64,000 nt of DNA from Giardia intestinalis (taxonomy: Eukaryota), in assembly GCA_000002435.2 (NCBI GenBank), contig CM018793.1. One strand, given 5' to 3'. The notes below the pieces were generated by a model. That model had not been told where the DNA came from and ran no database searches. It saw nothing but the letters and a program-made list of their open reading frames with translations. A program made the translations under genes and the position numbers. This document shows positions 1 to 9,911 of this stretch, piece by piece. Position 1 is the stretch's first letter; every line of letters starts with the position of its first letter.

Positions 1-3000
1 CATACCATCATTGCGCACAAGATCTGCTTCCTTGTCGATCAATAGCTTCACTGCACGCATATTTCCCTGCTGTGCTGCAAACATAAGGGCTGACCAACCG
101 TCCCTGTTCTGTTTTCCGCTTTGAATTAGGTAGGCTTTGATGTCGGCCTCATTTCCAAGTGCTACCGCTTGCATTAACCGTGTATTGCCGTACCAGTCGA
201 CCAGGTCTGTCAGAATAACTTGTTGACCAATCGTATTAGGAATGGAGGTGCGAGGACTGGAGACAGGGGTAATTACATCGGGAAGATATCCAACAGAGCC
301 CATAATTCCCTGCAATCGCTCTTCTTGTTCGTTATAGGCTTGTGATTTGGCTAAATATGCTTTTTTATATCGCTTTACCTCACCCCGCAAGTCTTCGACT
401 TCTTGCACTAAAGCATCAGATAGACTTACATCTGAACCTAGGTGGTGAAGGTCAGTCAAGGTCAAGCCATTGCTAGGTAAAACAGGATTAGTCTTATCTG
501 GTTCAGCAAATTGTTTGGCCTTTAGCTCAGCTATAGCGGACGATAAAGCAGAATTTTCAGCCTGAAGCCTCAAACGCGCATCCTCTGACTCACGTAACTG
601 TATGGCTTTTCGAAGGTATCCTGATTTGTACTTAAATACTCTGTCCTTTAACTCTTTTTCCGATAACGGGTTGATGTTCGACCTAGCATAATCAGCTTTT
701 GTAAGACGCAATAGAGCATTATCTTTGCGAAGATCCTCTAGTTCTCGTTGCAGTTCGGCAAGTGTGGGCTCGTGAGCCCTATCATGCAGGGATGACGAAT
801 GTGTAGCAAGGAATAAGTCATCGACAGGTTTAGATTCATCGGAGACCTTCTGTGCCAGGACGTCCCCGGTGGGCTGGGAGAGCAGGGCCTCCTGGAGGCG
901 CTTGATCTCGCGGTCCTTCTCGGCCAGGAGCGCGTCGTAGTCGGTGGTGGTCTGGGCCAGGCGCGGGCTCGCGGCTCCGCTAGCGACGGCGTCCTCGAGG
1001 CGCTTGCTGAGGCCTTCGTTCTCCTTGACCTTTTCTGCCAGTCGGCCAAGGGCGCTTTGGATTGCAGCCCGGTCTGCCTGCTCGTTGGCGCGCAGCTGCT
1101 GCCGGAGATCGTCCAGCGCCTGCTGGTGCCGGGCTTCGTCGGCTGCGCGAGCCTCTTCCGCGGCCCGGAGAAGGGCAGGATAGTCAATGGCGGGCTCGGC
1201 GGCTGCGGCCTGGAGGCGGGCAAGCTCTTCGTCACGGGCTTGGAGGGCCTCTTCAAGGGCCTGGATTCGGGCTGCTGCCCCGGGCTCTTCGGATTCGAGA
1301 GATCTCGGGTCCTGGGCGGCGAGCCTCTCCTGAAGCCTGGAGATCTCGGCGTTCTTCCGTTCGGCATCTGTCCTTGCTTCCGCAGCGGCATCTTCTAGAG
1401 CCCGGATGCGAGCCGTAAGTCCATCAATGGTAACTGGCAATTCGCCCTCGGCGCTTGCAGATTCCACACCCTGGACGATATTGCCCATGAGTTGTGTAAC
1501 CAGGCTGCCGTTGTCCTGAACCTTGTCGGCGAGCTGGTTGATAGCTGTTTGCAGACCATCTGCAGGAGACCGCGTTGCAGAAAGTGCGTCTCTGAGTTGG
1601 GCAATCTCGTCGTCCTTCTGTGCCAGGACGTCCCCGGTGGGCTGGGAGAGCAGGGCCTCCTGGAGGCGCTTGATCTCGCGGTCCTTCTCGGCCAGGAGCG
1701 CGTCGTAGTCGGTGGTGGTCTGGGCCAGGCGCGGGCTCGCGGCTCCGCTAGCGACGGCGTCCTCGAGGCGCTTGCTGAGGCCTTCGTTCTCCTTGACCTT
1801 TTCTGCCAGTCGGCCAAGGGCGCTTTGGATTGCAGCCCGGTCTGCCTGCTCGTTGGCGCGCAGCTGCTGCCGGAGATCGTCCAGCGCCTGCTGGTGCCGG
1901 GCTTCGTCGGCTGCGCGAGCCTCTTCCGCGGCCCGGAGAAGGGCAGGATAGTCAATGGCGGGCTCGGCGGCTGCGGCCTGGAGGCGGGCAAGCTCTTCGT
2001 CACGGGCTTGGAGGGCCTCTTCAAGGGCCTGGATTCGGGCTGCTGCCCCGGGCTCTTCGGATTCGAGAGATCTCGGGTCCTGGGCGGCGAGCCTCTCCTG
2101 AAGCCTGGAGATCTCGGCGTTCTTCCGTTCGGCATCTGTCCTTGCTTCCGCAGCGGCATCTTCTAGAGCCCGGATGCGAGCCGTAAGTCCATCAATGGTA
2201 ACTGGCAATTCGCCCTCGGCGCTTGCAGATTCCACACCCTGGACGATATTGCCCATGAGTTGTGTAACCAGGCTGCCGTTGTCCTGAACCTTGTCGGCGA
2301 GCTGGTTGATAGCTGTTTGCAGACCATCTGCAGGAGACCGCGTTGCAGAAAGTGCGTCTCTGAGTTGGGCAATCTCGTCGTCCTTCTGTGCCAGGACGTC
2401 CCCGGTGGGCTGGGAGAGCAGGGCCTCCTGGAGGCGCTTGATCTCGCGGTCCTTCTCGGCCAGGAGCGCGTCGTAGTCGGTGGTGGTCTGGGCCAGGCGC
2501 GGGCTCGCGGCTCCGCTAGCGACGGCGTCCTCGAGGCGCTTGCTGAGGCCTTCGTTCTCCTTGACCTTTTCTGCCAGTCGGCCAAGGGCGCTTTGGATTG
2601 CAGCCCGGTCTGCCTGCTCGTTGGCGCGCAGCTGCTGCCGGAGATCGTCCAGCGCCTGCTGGTGCCGGGCTTCGTCGGCTGCGCGAGCCTCTTCCGCGGC
2701 CCGGAGAAGGGCAGGATAGTCAATGGCGGGCTCGGCGGCTGCGGCCTGGAGGCGGGCAAGCTCTTCGTCACGGGCTTGGAGGGCCTCTTCAAGGGCCTGG
2801 ATTCGGGCTGCTGCCCCGGGCTCTTCGGATTCGAGAGATCTCGGGTCCTGGGCGGCGAGCCTCTCCTGAAGCCTGGAGATCTCGGCGTTCTTCCGTTCGG
2901 CATCTGTCCTTGCTTCCGCAGCGGCATCTTCTAGAGCCCGGATGCGAGCCGTAAGTCCATCAATGGTAACTGGCAATTCGCCCTCGGCGCTTGCAGATTC

Positions 3001-6000
3001 CACACCCTGGACGATATTGCCCATGAGTTGTGTAACCAGGCTGCCGTTGTCCTGAACCTTGTCGGCGAGCTGGTTGATAGCTGTTTGCAGACCATCTGCA
3101 GGAGACCGCGTTGCAGAAAGTGCGTCTCTGAGTTGGGCAATCTCGTCGTCCTTCTGTGCCAGGACGTCCCCGGTGGGCTGGGAGAGCAGGGCCTCCTGGA
3201 GGCGCTTGATCTCGCGGTCCTTCTCGGCCAGGAGCGCGTCGTAGTCGGTGGTGGTCTGGGCCAGGCGCGGGCTCGCGGCTCCGCTAGCGACGGCGTCCTC
3301 GAGGCGCTTGCTGAGGCCTTCGTTCTCCTTGACCTTTTCTGCCAGTCGGCCAAGGGCGCTTTGGATTGCAGCCCGGTCTGCCTGCTCGTTGGCGCGCAGC
3401 TGCTGCCGGAGATCGTCCAGCGCCTGCTGGTGCCGGGCTTCGTCGGCTGCGCGAGCCTCTTCCGCGGCCCGGAGAAGGGCAGGATAGTCAATGGCGGGCT
3501 CGGCGGCTGCGGCCTGGAGGCGGGCAAGCTCTTCGTCACGGGCTTGGAGGGCCTCTTCAAGGGCCTGGATTCGGGCTGCTGCCCCGGGCTCTTCGGATTC
3601 GAGAGATCTCGGGTCCTGGGCGGCGAGCCTCTCCTGAAGCCTGGAGATCTCGGCGTTCTTCCGTTCGGCATCTGTCCTTGCTTCCGCAGCGGCATCTTCT
3701 AGAGCCCGGATGCGAGCCGTAAGTCCATCAATGGTAACTGGCAATTCGCCCTCGGCGCTTGCAGATTCCACACCCTGGACGATATTGCCCATGAGTTGTG
3801 TAACCAGGCTGCCGTTGTCCTGAACCTTGTCGGCGAGCTGGTTGATAGCTGTTTGCAGACCATCTGCAGGAGACCGCGTTGCAGAAAGTGCGTCTCTGAG
3901 TTGGGCAATCTCGTCGTCCTTCTGTGCCAGGACGTCCCCGGTGGGCTGGGAGAGCAGGGCCTCCTGGAGGCGCTTGATCTCGCGGTCCTTCTCGGCCAGG
4001 AGCGCGTCGTAGTCGGTGGTGGTCTGGGCCAGGCGCGGGCTCGCGGCTCCGCTAGCGACGGCGTCCTCGAGGCGCTTGCTGAGGCCTTCGTTCTCCTTGA
4101 CCTTTTCTGCCAGTCGGCCAAGGGCGCTTTGGATTGCAGCCCGGTCTGCCTGCTCGTTGGCGCGCAGCTGCTGCCGGAGATCGTCCAGCGCCTGCTGGTG
4201 CCGGGCTTCGTCGGCTGCGCGAGCCTCTTCCGCGGCCCGGAGAAGGGCAGGATAGTCAATGGCGGGCTCGGCGGCTGCGGCCTGGAGGCGGGCAAGCTCT
4301 TCGTCACGGGCTTGGAGGGCCTCTTCAAGGGCCTGGATTCGGGCTGCTGCCCCGGGCTCTTCGGATTCGAGAGATCTCGGGTCCTGGGCGGCGAGCCTCT
4401 CCTGAAGCCTGGAGATCTCGGCGTTCTTCCGTTCGGCATCTGTCCTTGCTTCCGCAGCGGCATCTTCTAGAGCCCGGATGCGAGCCGTAAGTCCATCAAT
4501 GGTAACTGGCAATTCGCCCTCGGCGCTTGCAGATTCCACACCCTGGACGATATTGCCCATGAGTTGTGTAACCAGGCTGCCGTTGTCCTGAACCTTGTCG
4601 GCGAGCTGGTTGATAGCTGTTTGCAGACCATCTGCAGGAGACCGCGTTGCAGAAAGTGCGTCTCTGAGTTGGGCAATCTCGTCGTCCTTCTGTGCCAGGA
4701 CGTCCCCGGTGGGCTGGGAGAGCAGGGCCTCCTGGAGGCGCTTGATCTCGCGGTCCTTCTCGGCCAGGAGCGCGTCGTAGTCGGTGGTGGTCTGGGCCAG
4801 GCGCGGGCTCGCGGCTCCGCTAGCGACGGCGTCCTCGAGGCGCTTGCTGAGGCCTTCGTTCTCCTTGACCTTTTCTGCCAGTCGGCCAAGGGCGCTTTGG
4901 ATTGCAGCCCGGTCTGCCTGCTCGTTGGCGCGCAGCTGCTGCCGGAGATCGTCCAGCGCCTGCTGGTGCCGGGCTTCGTCGGCTGCGCGAGCCTCTTCCG
5001 CGGCCCGGAGAAGGGCAGGATAGTCAATGGCGGGCTCGGCGGCTGCGGCCTGGAGGCGGGCAAGCTCTTCGTCACGGGCTTGGAGGGCCTCTTCAAGGGC
5101 CTGGATTCGGGCTGCTGCCCCGGGCTCTTCGGATTCGAGAGATCTCGGGTCCTGGGCGGCGAGCCTCTCCTGAAGCCTGGAGATCTCGGCGTTCTTCCGT
5201 TCGGCATCTGTCCTTGCTTCCGCAGCGGCATCTTCTAGAGCCCGGATGCGAGCCGTAAGTCCATCAATGGTAACTGGCAATTCGCCCTCGGCGCTTGCAG
5301 ATTCCACACCCTGGACGATATTGCCCATGAGTTGTGTAACCAGGCTGCCGTTGTCCTGAACCTTGTCGGCGAGCTGGTTGATAGCTGTTTGCAGACCATC
5401 TGCAGGAGACCGCGTTGCAGAAAGTGCGTCTCTGAGTTGGGCAATCTCGTCGTCCTTCTGTGCCAGGACGTCCCCGGTGGGCTGGGAGAGCAGGGCCTCC
5501 TGGAGGCGCTTGATCTCGCGGTCCTTCTCGGCCAGGAGCGCGTCGTAGTCGGTGGTGGTCTGGGCCAGGCGCGGGCTCGCGGCTCCGCTAGCGACGGCGT
5601 CCTCGAGGCGCTTGCTGAGGCCTTCGTTCTCCTTGACCTTTTCTGCCAGTCGGCCAAGGGCGCTTTGGATTGCAGCCCGGTCTGCCTGCTCGTTGGCGCG
5701 CAGCTGCTGCCGGAGATCGTCCAGCGCCTGCTGGTGCCGGGCTTCGTCGGCTGCGCGAGCCTCTTCCGCGGCCCGGAGAAGGGCAGGATAGTCAATGGCG
5801 GGCTCGGCGGCTGCGGCCTGGAGGCGGGCAAGCTCTTCGTCACGGGCTTGGAGGGCCTCTTCAAGGGCCTGGATTCGGGCTGCTGCCCCGGGCTCTTCGG
5901 ATTCGAGAGATCTCGGGTCCTGGGCGGCGAGCCTCTCCTGAAGCCTGGAGATCTCGGCGTTCTTCCGTTCGGCATCTGTCCTTGCTTCCGCAGCGGCATC

Positions 6001-9000
6001 TTCTAGAGCCCGGATGCGAGCCGTAAGTCCATCAATGGTAACTGGCAATTCGCCCTCGGCGCTTGCAGATTCCACACCCTGGACGATATTGCCCATGAGT
6101 TGTGTAACCAGGCTGCCGTTGTCCTGAACCTTGTCGGCGAGCTGGTTGATAGCTGTTTGCAGACCATCTGCAGGAGACCGCGTTGCAGAAAGTGCGTCTC
6201 TGAGTTGGGCAATCTCGTCGTCCTTCTGTGCCAGGACGTCCCCGGTGGGCTGGGAGAGCAGGGCCTCCTGGAGGCGCTTGATCTCGCGGTCCTTCTCGGC
6301 CAGGAGCGCGTCGTAGTCGGTGGTGGTCTGGGCCAGGCGCGGGCTCGCGGCTCCGCTAGCGACGGCGTCCTCGAGGCGCTTGCTGAGGCCTTCGTTCTCC
6401 TTGACCTTTTCTGCCAGTCGGCCAAGGGCGCTTTGGATTGCAGCCCGGTCTGCCTGCTCGTTGGCGCGCAGCTGCTGCCGGAGATCGTCCAGCGCCTGCT
6501 GGTGCCGGGCTTCGTCGGCTGCGCGAGCCTCTTCCGCGGCCCGGAGAAGGGCAGGATAGTCAATGGCGGGCTCGGCGGCTGCGGCCTGGAGGCGGGCAAG
6601 CTCTTCGTCACGGGCTTGGAGGGCCTCTTCAAGGGCCTGGATTCGGGCTGCTGCCCCGGGCTCTTCGGATTCGAGAGATCTCGGGTCCTGGGCGGCGAGC
6701 CTCTCCTGAAGCCTGGAGATCTCGGCGTTCTTCCGTTCGGCATCTGTCCTTGCTTCCGCAGCGGCATCTTCTAGAGCCCGGATGCGAGCCGTAAGTCCAT
6801 CAATGGTAACTGGCAATTCGCCCTCGGCGCTTGCAGATTCCACACCCTGGACGATATTGCCCATGAGTTGTGTAACCAGGCTGCCGTTGTCCTGAACCTT
6901 GTCGGCGAGCTGGTTGATAGCTGTTTGCAGACCATCTGCAGGAGACCGCGTTGCAGAAAGTGCGTCTCTGAGTTGGGCAATCTCGTCGTCCTTCTGTGCC
7001 AGGACGTCCCCGGTGGGCTGGGAGAGCAGGGCCTCCTGGAGGCGCTTGATCTCGCGGTCCTTCTCGGCCAGGAGCGCGTCGTAGTCGGTGGTGGTCTGGG
7101 CCAGGCGCGGGCTCGCGGCTCCGCTAGCGACGGCGTCCTCGAGGCGCTTGCTGAGGCCTTCGTTCTCCTTGACCTTTTCTGCCAGTCGGCCAAGGGCGCT
7201 TTGGATTGCAGCCCGGTCTGCCTGCTCGTTGGCGCGCAGCTGCTGCCGGAGATCGTCCAGCGCCTGCTGGTGCCGGGCTTCGTCGGCTGCGCGAGCCTCT
7301 TCCGCGGCCCGGAGAAGGGCAGGATAGTCAATGGCGGGCTCGGCGGCTGCGGCCTGGAGGCGGGCAAGCTCTTCGTCACGGGCTTGGAGGGCCTCTTCAA
7401 GGGCCTGGATTCGGGCTGCTGCCCCGGGCTCTTCGGATTCGAGAGATCTCGGGTCCTGGGCGGCGAGCCTCTCCTGAAGCCTGGAGATCTCGGCGTTCTT
7501 CCGTTCGGCATCTGTCCTTGCTTCCGCAGCGGCATCTTCTAGAGCCCGGATGCGAGCCGTAAGTCCATCAATGGTAACTGGCAATTCGCCCTCGGCGCTT
7601 GCAGATTCCACACCCTGGACGATATTGCCCATGAGTTGTGTAACCAGGCTGCCGTTGTCCTGAACCTTGTCGGCGAGCTGGTTGATAGCTGTTTGCAGAC
7701 CATCTGCAGGAGACCGCGTTGCAGAAAGTGCGTCTCTGAGTTGGGCAATCTCGTCGTCCTTCTGTGCCAGGACGTCCCCGGTGGGCTGGGAGAGCAGGGC
7801 CTCCTGGAGGCGCTTGATCTCGCGGTCCTTCTCGGCCAGGAGCGCGTCGTAGTCGGTGGTGGTCTGGGCCAGGCGCGGGCTCGCGGCTCCGCTAGCGACG
7901 GCGTCCTCGAGGCGCTTGCTGAGGCCTTCGTTCTCCTTGACCTTTTCTGCCAGTCGGCCAAGGGCGCTTTGGATTGCAGCCCGGTCTGCCTGCTCGTTGG
8001 CGCGCAGCTGCTGCCGGAGATCGTCCAGCGCCTGCTGGTGCCGGGCTTCGTCGGCTGCGCGAGCCTCTTCCGCGGCCCGGAGAAGGGCAGGATAGTCAAT
8101 GGCGGGCTCGGCGGCTGCGGCCTGGAGGCGGGCAAGCTCTTCGTCACGGGCTTGGAGGGCCTCTTCAAGGGCCTGGATTCGGGCTGCTGCCCCGGGCTCT
8201 TCGGATTCGAGAGATCTCGGGTCCTGGGCGGCGAGCCTCTCCTGAAGCCTGGAGATCTCATCGTCCTTTCGCGCTAATACGTCACTGATGGGTTGAGAGA
8301 GAAGCAAATCATTCAAGTTCATTTTGGAGGATTGAATATCATATGCAGGAGTAGGAGCCATTCCCAACATAACTTCATCTAGTAAGTTGTGGTTTGGCGT
8401 ATAAGGAATTGAGGAGGATATATTGATACACAGGTTTCTCAACCGATCGATTTCTTTATCGCGCTCTTTGAGAAGCTTATGAAATTGGGCCCTTATTTCA
8501 TTGACATCATCTGAAGAAAAGTCAGTATCAGGCATAGAAAGAGGAGCTAGAGACACACCGTATGTTGAGATAAGAAGCTCCCTAAAGCAGTTCATTCCAT
8601 CCCTAATATCGATTGGATACTCGGTATTCTTAAAAGAGTGGTAATCGGCGAACGTCTGATAAATGTTCAACAGGTCGTCACGCAAATCTTCTTTATGATC
8701 ACCAGAAGTAAGTGCTGTATCGACTTTATCAGAATAATCCATCAGCAGTTTTCGACAAACCAGCGGGGCAAGAGTAGGCTGCACACATGTCCCATACACC
8801 GGTACGGATGTTCGACTAAGAAATTGCAATTCAACCTCATCCTGGTTTGTGAGGGTGAAGTCTGTTATGCGCTTTGTTCCACATCTATTTGTCGATGTCA
8901 CGAACTGCTCAAGTATCTGCTTAGCATATGCAAGGTATTCTCTGATATCAGTGTCGGCATTGGAAGCTGCATCACCTAATAAGCGTTGACAGCAGAAGAT

Positions 9001-9828
9001 AGCCCATGTATAATTTTCTTCTACGAGATTCTGCGCTCTGTAACGCGTACAGGCAAGAGAGGCTATATTGATGTAGAGCAAATCTGATCGTATGTCGGCA
9101 AGATCAAGAATAGATTCGCTTATAGCGAAAAGGCCTTTACAAACAAGACTATCTGGCTGCGAACGATGTACAGCAACCTTTTTATAAAGCTTCGAAGCCT
9201 GCTGCCTGTACCTGGTCACCGAGTCATGTTCTTCGGTTAATTCTGGGCTAGTTGAGATAAGGTCCATGGCGAGTGCCCTGCTAAAGTGTTCTAGAGCCTG
9301 TAATACGTCACGGTTTAAGAGGGTTCCATCTAAAGTGGAAAACGTGCTATCGACTTGCTGCAATGTTTCAGAAATCATGTTTGCCGCTTGCAAAATATAT
9401 CCTACTGAATGGTGAATAGCTTTGGCATTGGAGGCAGCGAGTGTGTAACACGCAGACACGGTGTTATATAACAGTGCTACAATATCCAGTAAAACACTAT
9501 TTGCAATTATGGTGAGTGAAGATCCAGTGGACCATATCAGCATGGCCTGTTCAGAGGGCGCTTTAATTTCGGGGCTCTCCCAGGGAAGCATGAACAAGAG
9601 ATCCTTGGCAAGAAGATAGCATTCATAGACAGTATCCATATGAATAGACATGTCAAAGCTGGCTAATATCTTCCGCTTTTCCTTCAACCTTCTAATTACA
9701 TTAGAGATGAGTTCCACAGCCCCTGAAGGGAATATTTGGACCGTAGCTTCTAGCACTGAATAAAAGGACCCATCGTCCTGGGGTTCTAATGGGGGAAGAG
9801 AAGGAATGACGGGCGGTGGCGCGTTCAT
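1..9828 (-). CDS. Giant coiled-coil protein, 3' partial (C-terminus beyond window start). It has a unique ~520-aa N-terminal head (9828->8260), then 9.65 identical 256-aa Ala/Glu/Leu/Arg-rich coiled-coil repeats, then a unique coiled coil (845->~250), then an ankyrin repeat ('GWSALMFAAQQGNMRAVKLLIDKEADLVRNDGM') at 1-130.
   Basis: My translation of the minus strand from ATG 9828..9826 (plus 'cat') found no stop through the head, the whole repeat array and the 3' unique part to position 1. The ORF track lists no long ORF here only because the stop lies off-window. An A/T-rich initiator 'aaaaatttaaaaaattcggagattgATG' precedes the start. The repeat frame reads '...LAQKDDEIAQLRDALSATRSP...DREIKRLQEALLSQPTGDV...'. 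Confidence 0.8.
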   Translation of the reverse strand, partial: MNAPPPVIPSLPPLEPQDDGSFYSVLEATVQIFPSGAVELISNVIRRLKEKRKILASFDMSIHMDTVYECYLLAKDLLFMLPWESPEIKAPSEQAMLIWSTGSSLTIIANSVLLDIVALLYNTVSACYTLAASNAKAIHHSVGYILQAANMISETLQQVDSTFSTLDGTLLNRDVLQALEHFSRALAMDLISTSPELTEEHDSVTRYRQQASKLYKKVAVHRSQPDSLVCKGLFAISESILDLADIRSDLLYINIASLACTRYRAQNLVEENYTWAIFCCQRLLGDAASNADTDIREYLAYAKQILEQFVTSTNRCGTKRITDFTLTNQDEVELQFLSRTSVPVYGTCVQPTLAPLVCRKLLMDYSDKVDTALTSGDHKEDLRDDLLNIYQTFADYHSFKNTEYPIDIRDGMNCFRELLISTYGVSLAPLSMPDTDFSSDDVNEIRAQFHKLLKERDKEIDRLRNLCINISSSIPYTPNHNLLDEVMLGMAPTPAYDIQSSKMNLNDLLLSQPISDVLARKDDEISRLQERLAAQDPRSLESEEPGAAARIQALEEALQARDEELARLQAAAAEPAIDYPALLRAAEEARAADEARHQQALDDLRQQLRANEQADRAAIQSALGRLAEKVKENEGLSKRLEDAVASGAASPRLAQTTTDYDALLAEKDREIKRLQEALLSQPTGDVLAQKDDEIAQLRDALSATRSPADGLQTAINQLADKVQDNGSLVTQLMGNIVQGVESASAEGELPVTIDGLTARIRALEDAAAEARTDAERKNAEISRLQERLAAQDPRSLESEEPGAAARIQALEEALQARDEELARLQAAAAEPAIDYPALLRAAEEARAADEARHQQALDDLRQQLRANEQADRAAIQSALGRLAEKVKENEGLSKRLEDAVASGAASPRLAQTTTDYDALLAEKDREIKRLQEALLSQPTGDVLAQKDDEIAQLRDALSATRSPADGLQTAINQLADKVQDNGSLVTQLMGNIVQGVESASAEGELPVTIDGLTARIRALEDAAAEARTDAERKNAEISRLQERLAAQDPRSLESEEPGAAARIQALEEALQARDEELARLQAAAAEPAIDYPALLRAAEEARAADEARHQQALDDLRQQLRANEQADRAAIQSALGRLAEKVKENEGLSKRLEDAVASGAASPRLAQTTTDYDALLAEKDREIKRLQEALLSQPTGDVLAQKDDEIAQLRDALSATRSPADGLQTAINQLADKVQDNGSLVTQLMGNIVQGVESASAEGELPVTIDGLTARIRALEDAAAEARTDAERKNAEISRLQERLAAQDPRSLESEEPGAAARIQALEEALQARDEELARLQAAAAEPAIDYPALLRAAEEARAADEARHQQALDDLRQQLRANEQADRAAIQSALGRLAEKVKENEGLSKRLEDAVASGAASPRLAQTTTDYDALLAEKDREIKRLQEALLSQPTGDVLAQKDDEIAQLRDALSATRSPADGLQTAINQLADKVQDNGSLVTQLMGNIVQGVESASAEGELPVTIDGLTARIRALEDAAAEARTDAERKNAEISRLQERLAAQDPRSLESEEPGAAARIQALEEALQARDEELARLQAAAAEPAIDYPALLRAAEEARAADEARHQQALDDLRQQLRANEQADRAAIQSALGRLAEKVKENEGLSKRLEDAVASGAASPRLAQTTTDYDALLAEKDREIKRLQEALLSQPTGDVLAQKDDEIAQLRDALSATRSPADGLQTAINQLADKVQDNGSLVTQLMGNIVQGVESASAEGELPVTIDGLTARIRALEDAAAEARTDAERKNAEISRLQERLAAQDPRSLESEEPGAAARIQALEEALQARDEELARLQAAAAEPAIDYPALLRAAEEARAADEARHQQALDDLRQQLRANEQADRAAIQSALGRLAEKVKENEGLSKRLEDAVASGAASPRLAQTTTDYDALLAEKDREIKRLQEALLSQPTGDVLAQKDDEIAQLRDALSATRSPADGLQTAINQLADKVQDNGSLVTQLMGNIVQGVESASAEGELPVTIDGLTARIRALEDAAAEARTDAERKNAEISRLQERLAAQDPRSLESEEPGAAARIQALEEALQARDEELARLQAAAAEPAIDYPALLRAAEEARAADEARHQQALDDLRQQLRANEQADRAAIQSALGRLAEKVKENEGLSKRLEDAVASGAASPRLAQTTTDYDALLAEKDREIKRLQEALLSQPTGDVLAQKDDEIAQLRDALSATRSPADGLQTAINQLADKVQDNGSLVTQLMGNIVQGVESASAEGELPVTIDGLTARIRALEDAAAEARTDAERKNAEISRLQERLAAQDPRSLESEEPGAAARIQALEEALQARDEELARLQAAAAEPAIDYPALLRAAEEARAADEARHQQALDDLRQQLRANEQADRAAIQSALGRLAEKVKENEGLSKRLEDAVASGAASPRLAQTTTDYDALLAEKDREIKRLQEALLSQPTGDVLAQKDDEIAQLRDALSATRSPADGLQTAINQLADKVQDNGSLVTQLMGNIVQGVESASAEGELPVTIDGLTARIRALEDAAAEARTDAERKNAEISRLQERLAAQDPRSLESEEPGAAARIQALEEALQARDEELARLQAAAAEPAIDYPALLRAAEEARAADEARHQQALDDLRQQLRANEQADRAAIQSALGRLAEKVKENEGLSKRLEDAVASGAASPRLAQTTTDYDALLAEKDREIKRLQEALLSQPTGDVLAQKDDEIAQLRDALSATRSPADGLQTAINQLADKVQDNGSLVTQLMGNIVQGVESASAEGELPVTIDGLTARIRALEDAAAEARTDAERKNAEISRLQERLAAQDPRSLESEEPGAAARIQALEEALQARDEELARLQAAAAEPAIDYPALLRAAEEARAADEARHQQALDDLRQQLRANEQADRAAIQSALGRLAEKVKENEGLSKRLEDAVASGAASPRLAQTTTDYDALLAEKDREIKRLQEALLSQPTGDVLAQKVSDESKPVDDLFLATHSSSLHDRAHEPTLAELQRELEDLRKDNALLRLTKADYARSNINPLSEKELKDRVFKYKSGYLRKAIQLRESEDARLRLQAENSALSSAIAELKAKQFAEPDKTNPVLPSNGLTLTDLHHLGSDVSLSDALVQEVEDLRGEVKRYKKAYLAKSQAYNEQEERLQGIMGSVGYLPDVITPVSSPRTSIPNTIGQQVILTDLVDWYGNTRLMQAVALGNEADIKAYLIQSGKQNRDGWSALMFAAQQGNMRAVKLLIDKEADLVRNDGM
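846..8259 (-). repeat. Intragenic tandem array with a 768-bp unit and 9.65 copies at 100% identity (copy boundaries e.g. 847/1615/2383/.../7759). The unit encodes a 256-aa coiled-coil repeat and is about 65% GC against about 45% GC flanks.
   Basis: Exact 768-nt periodicity is visible directly. The ORF track shows identical spurious peptides at offsets of exactly 768. Identity breaks at 845/846 (a vs t) and at 8260 (a vs g). Degenerate older copies of the motif flank the array, e.g. the head-side 'ISDVLARKDDEISRLQERLAAQDPRS'. Confidence 0.95.
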
Positions 9829-9883
9829 CAATCTCCGAATTTTTTAAATTTTTACCGAACAAATTCAAAAGACGTCACTAATG

Positions 9884-9890
9884 ATTTACT
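9884..9890 (-). terminator. Putative polyadenylation signal AGTAAAT (AGTRAAY), 22 nt downstream of the stop of CDS 9912..11279.
   Basis: Plus 'atttact' is AGTAAAT on the minus strand. It matches the diplomonad AGTRAAY consensus. Confidence 0.5.
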
Positions 9891-9911
9891 GAAAAGGCCA
9901 TAAGGCATCCC

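Noticed and set aside
846-8259. A CRISPR-like or mobile-element reading of the perfect repeats.
   Set aside because: The units are 768 bp and directly abut each other with no spacers. They are in-frame inside a eukaryotic-type CDS, and the whole window is protist nuclear DNA. This is an intragenic protein repeat, not a CRISPR array or a transposon.
738-8288. Periodic ORFs in the track (254-aa minus-strand 'MPLRKQGQMPNGRTPRSPG...', and 224-aa, 118-aa, 79-aa and 61-aa plus-strand ORFs) repeating every 768 nt.
   Set aside because: They are out-of-frame or antisense echoes of the GC-rich tandem repeat. Each is interrupted once per unit. The in-frame minus-strand reading has no stops and gives coherent coiled-coil sequence continuous with the flanking unique head and the ankyrin tail.
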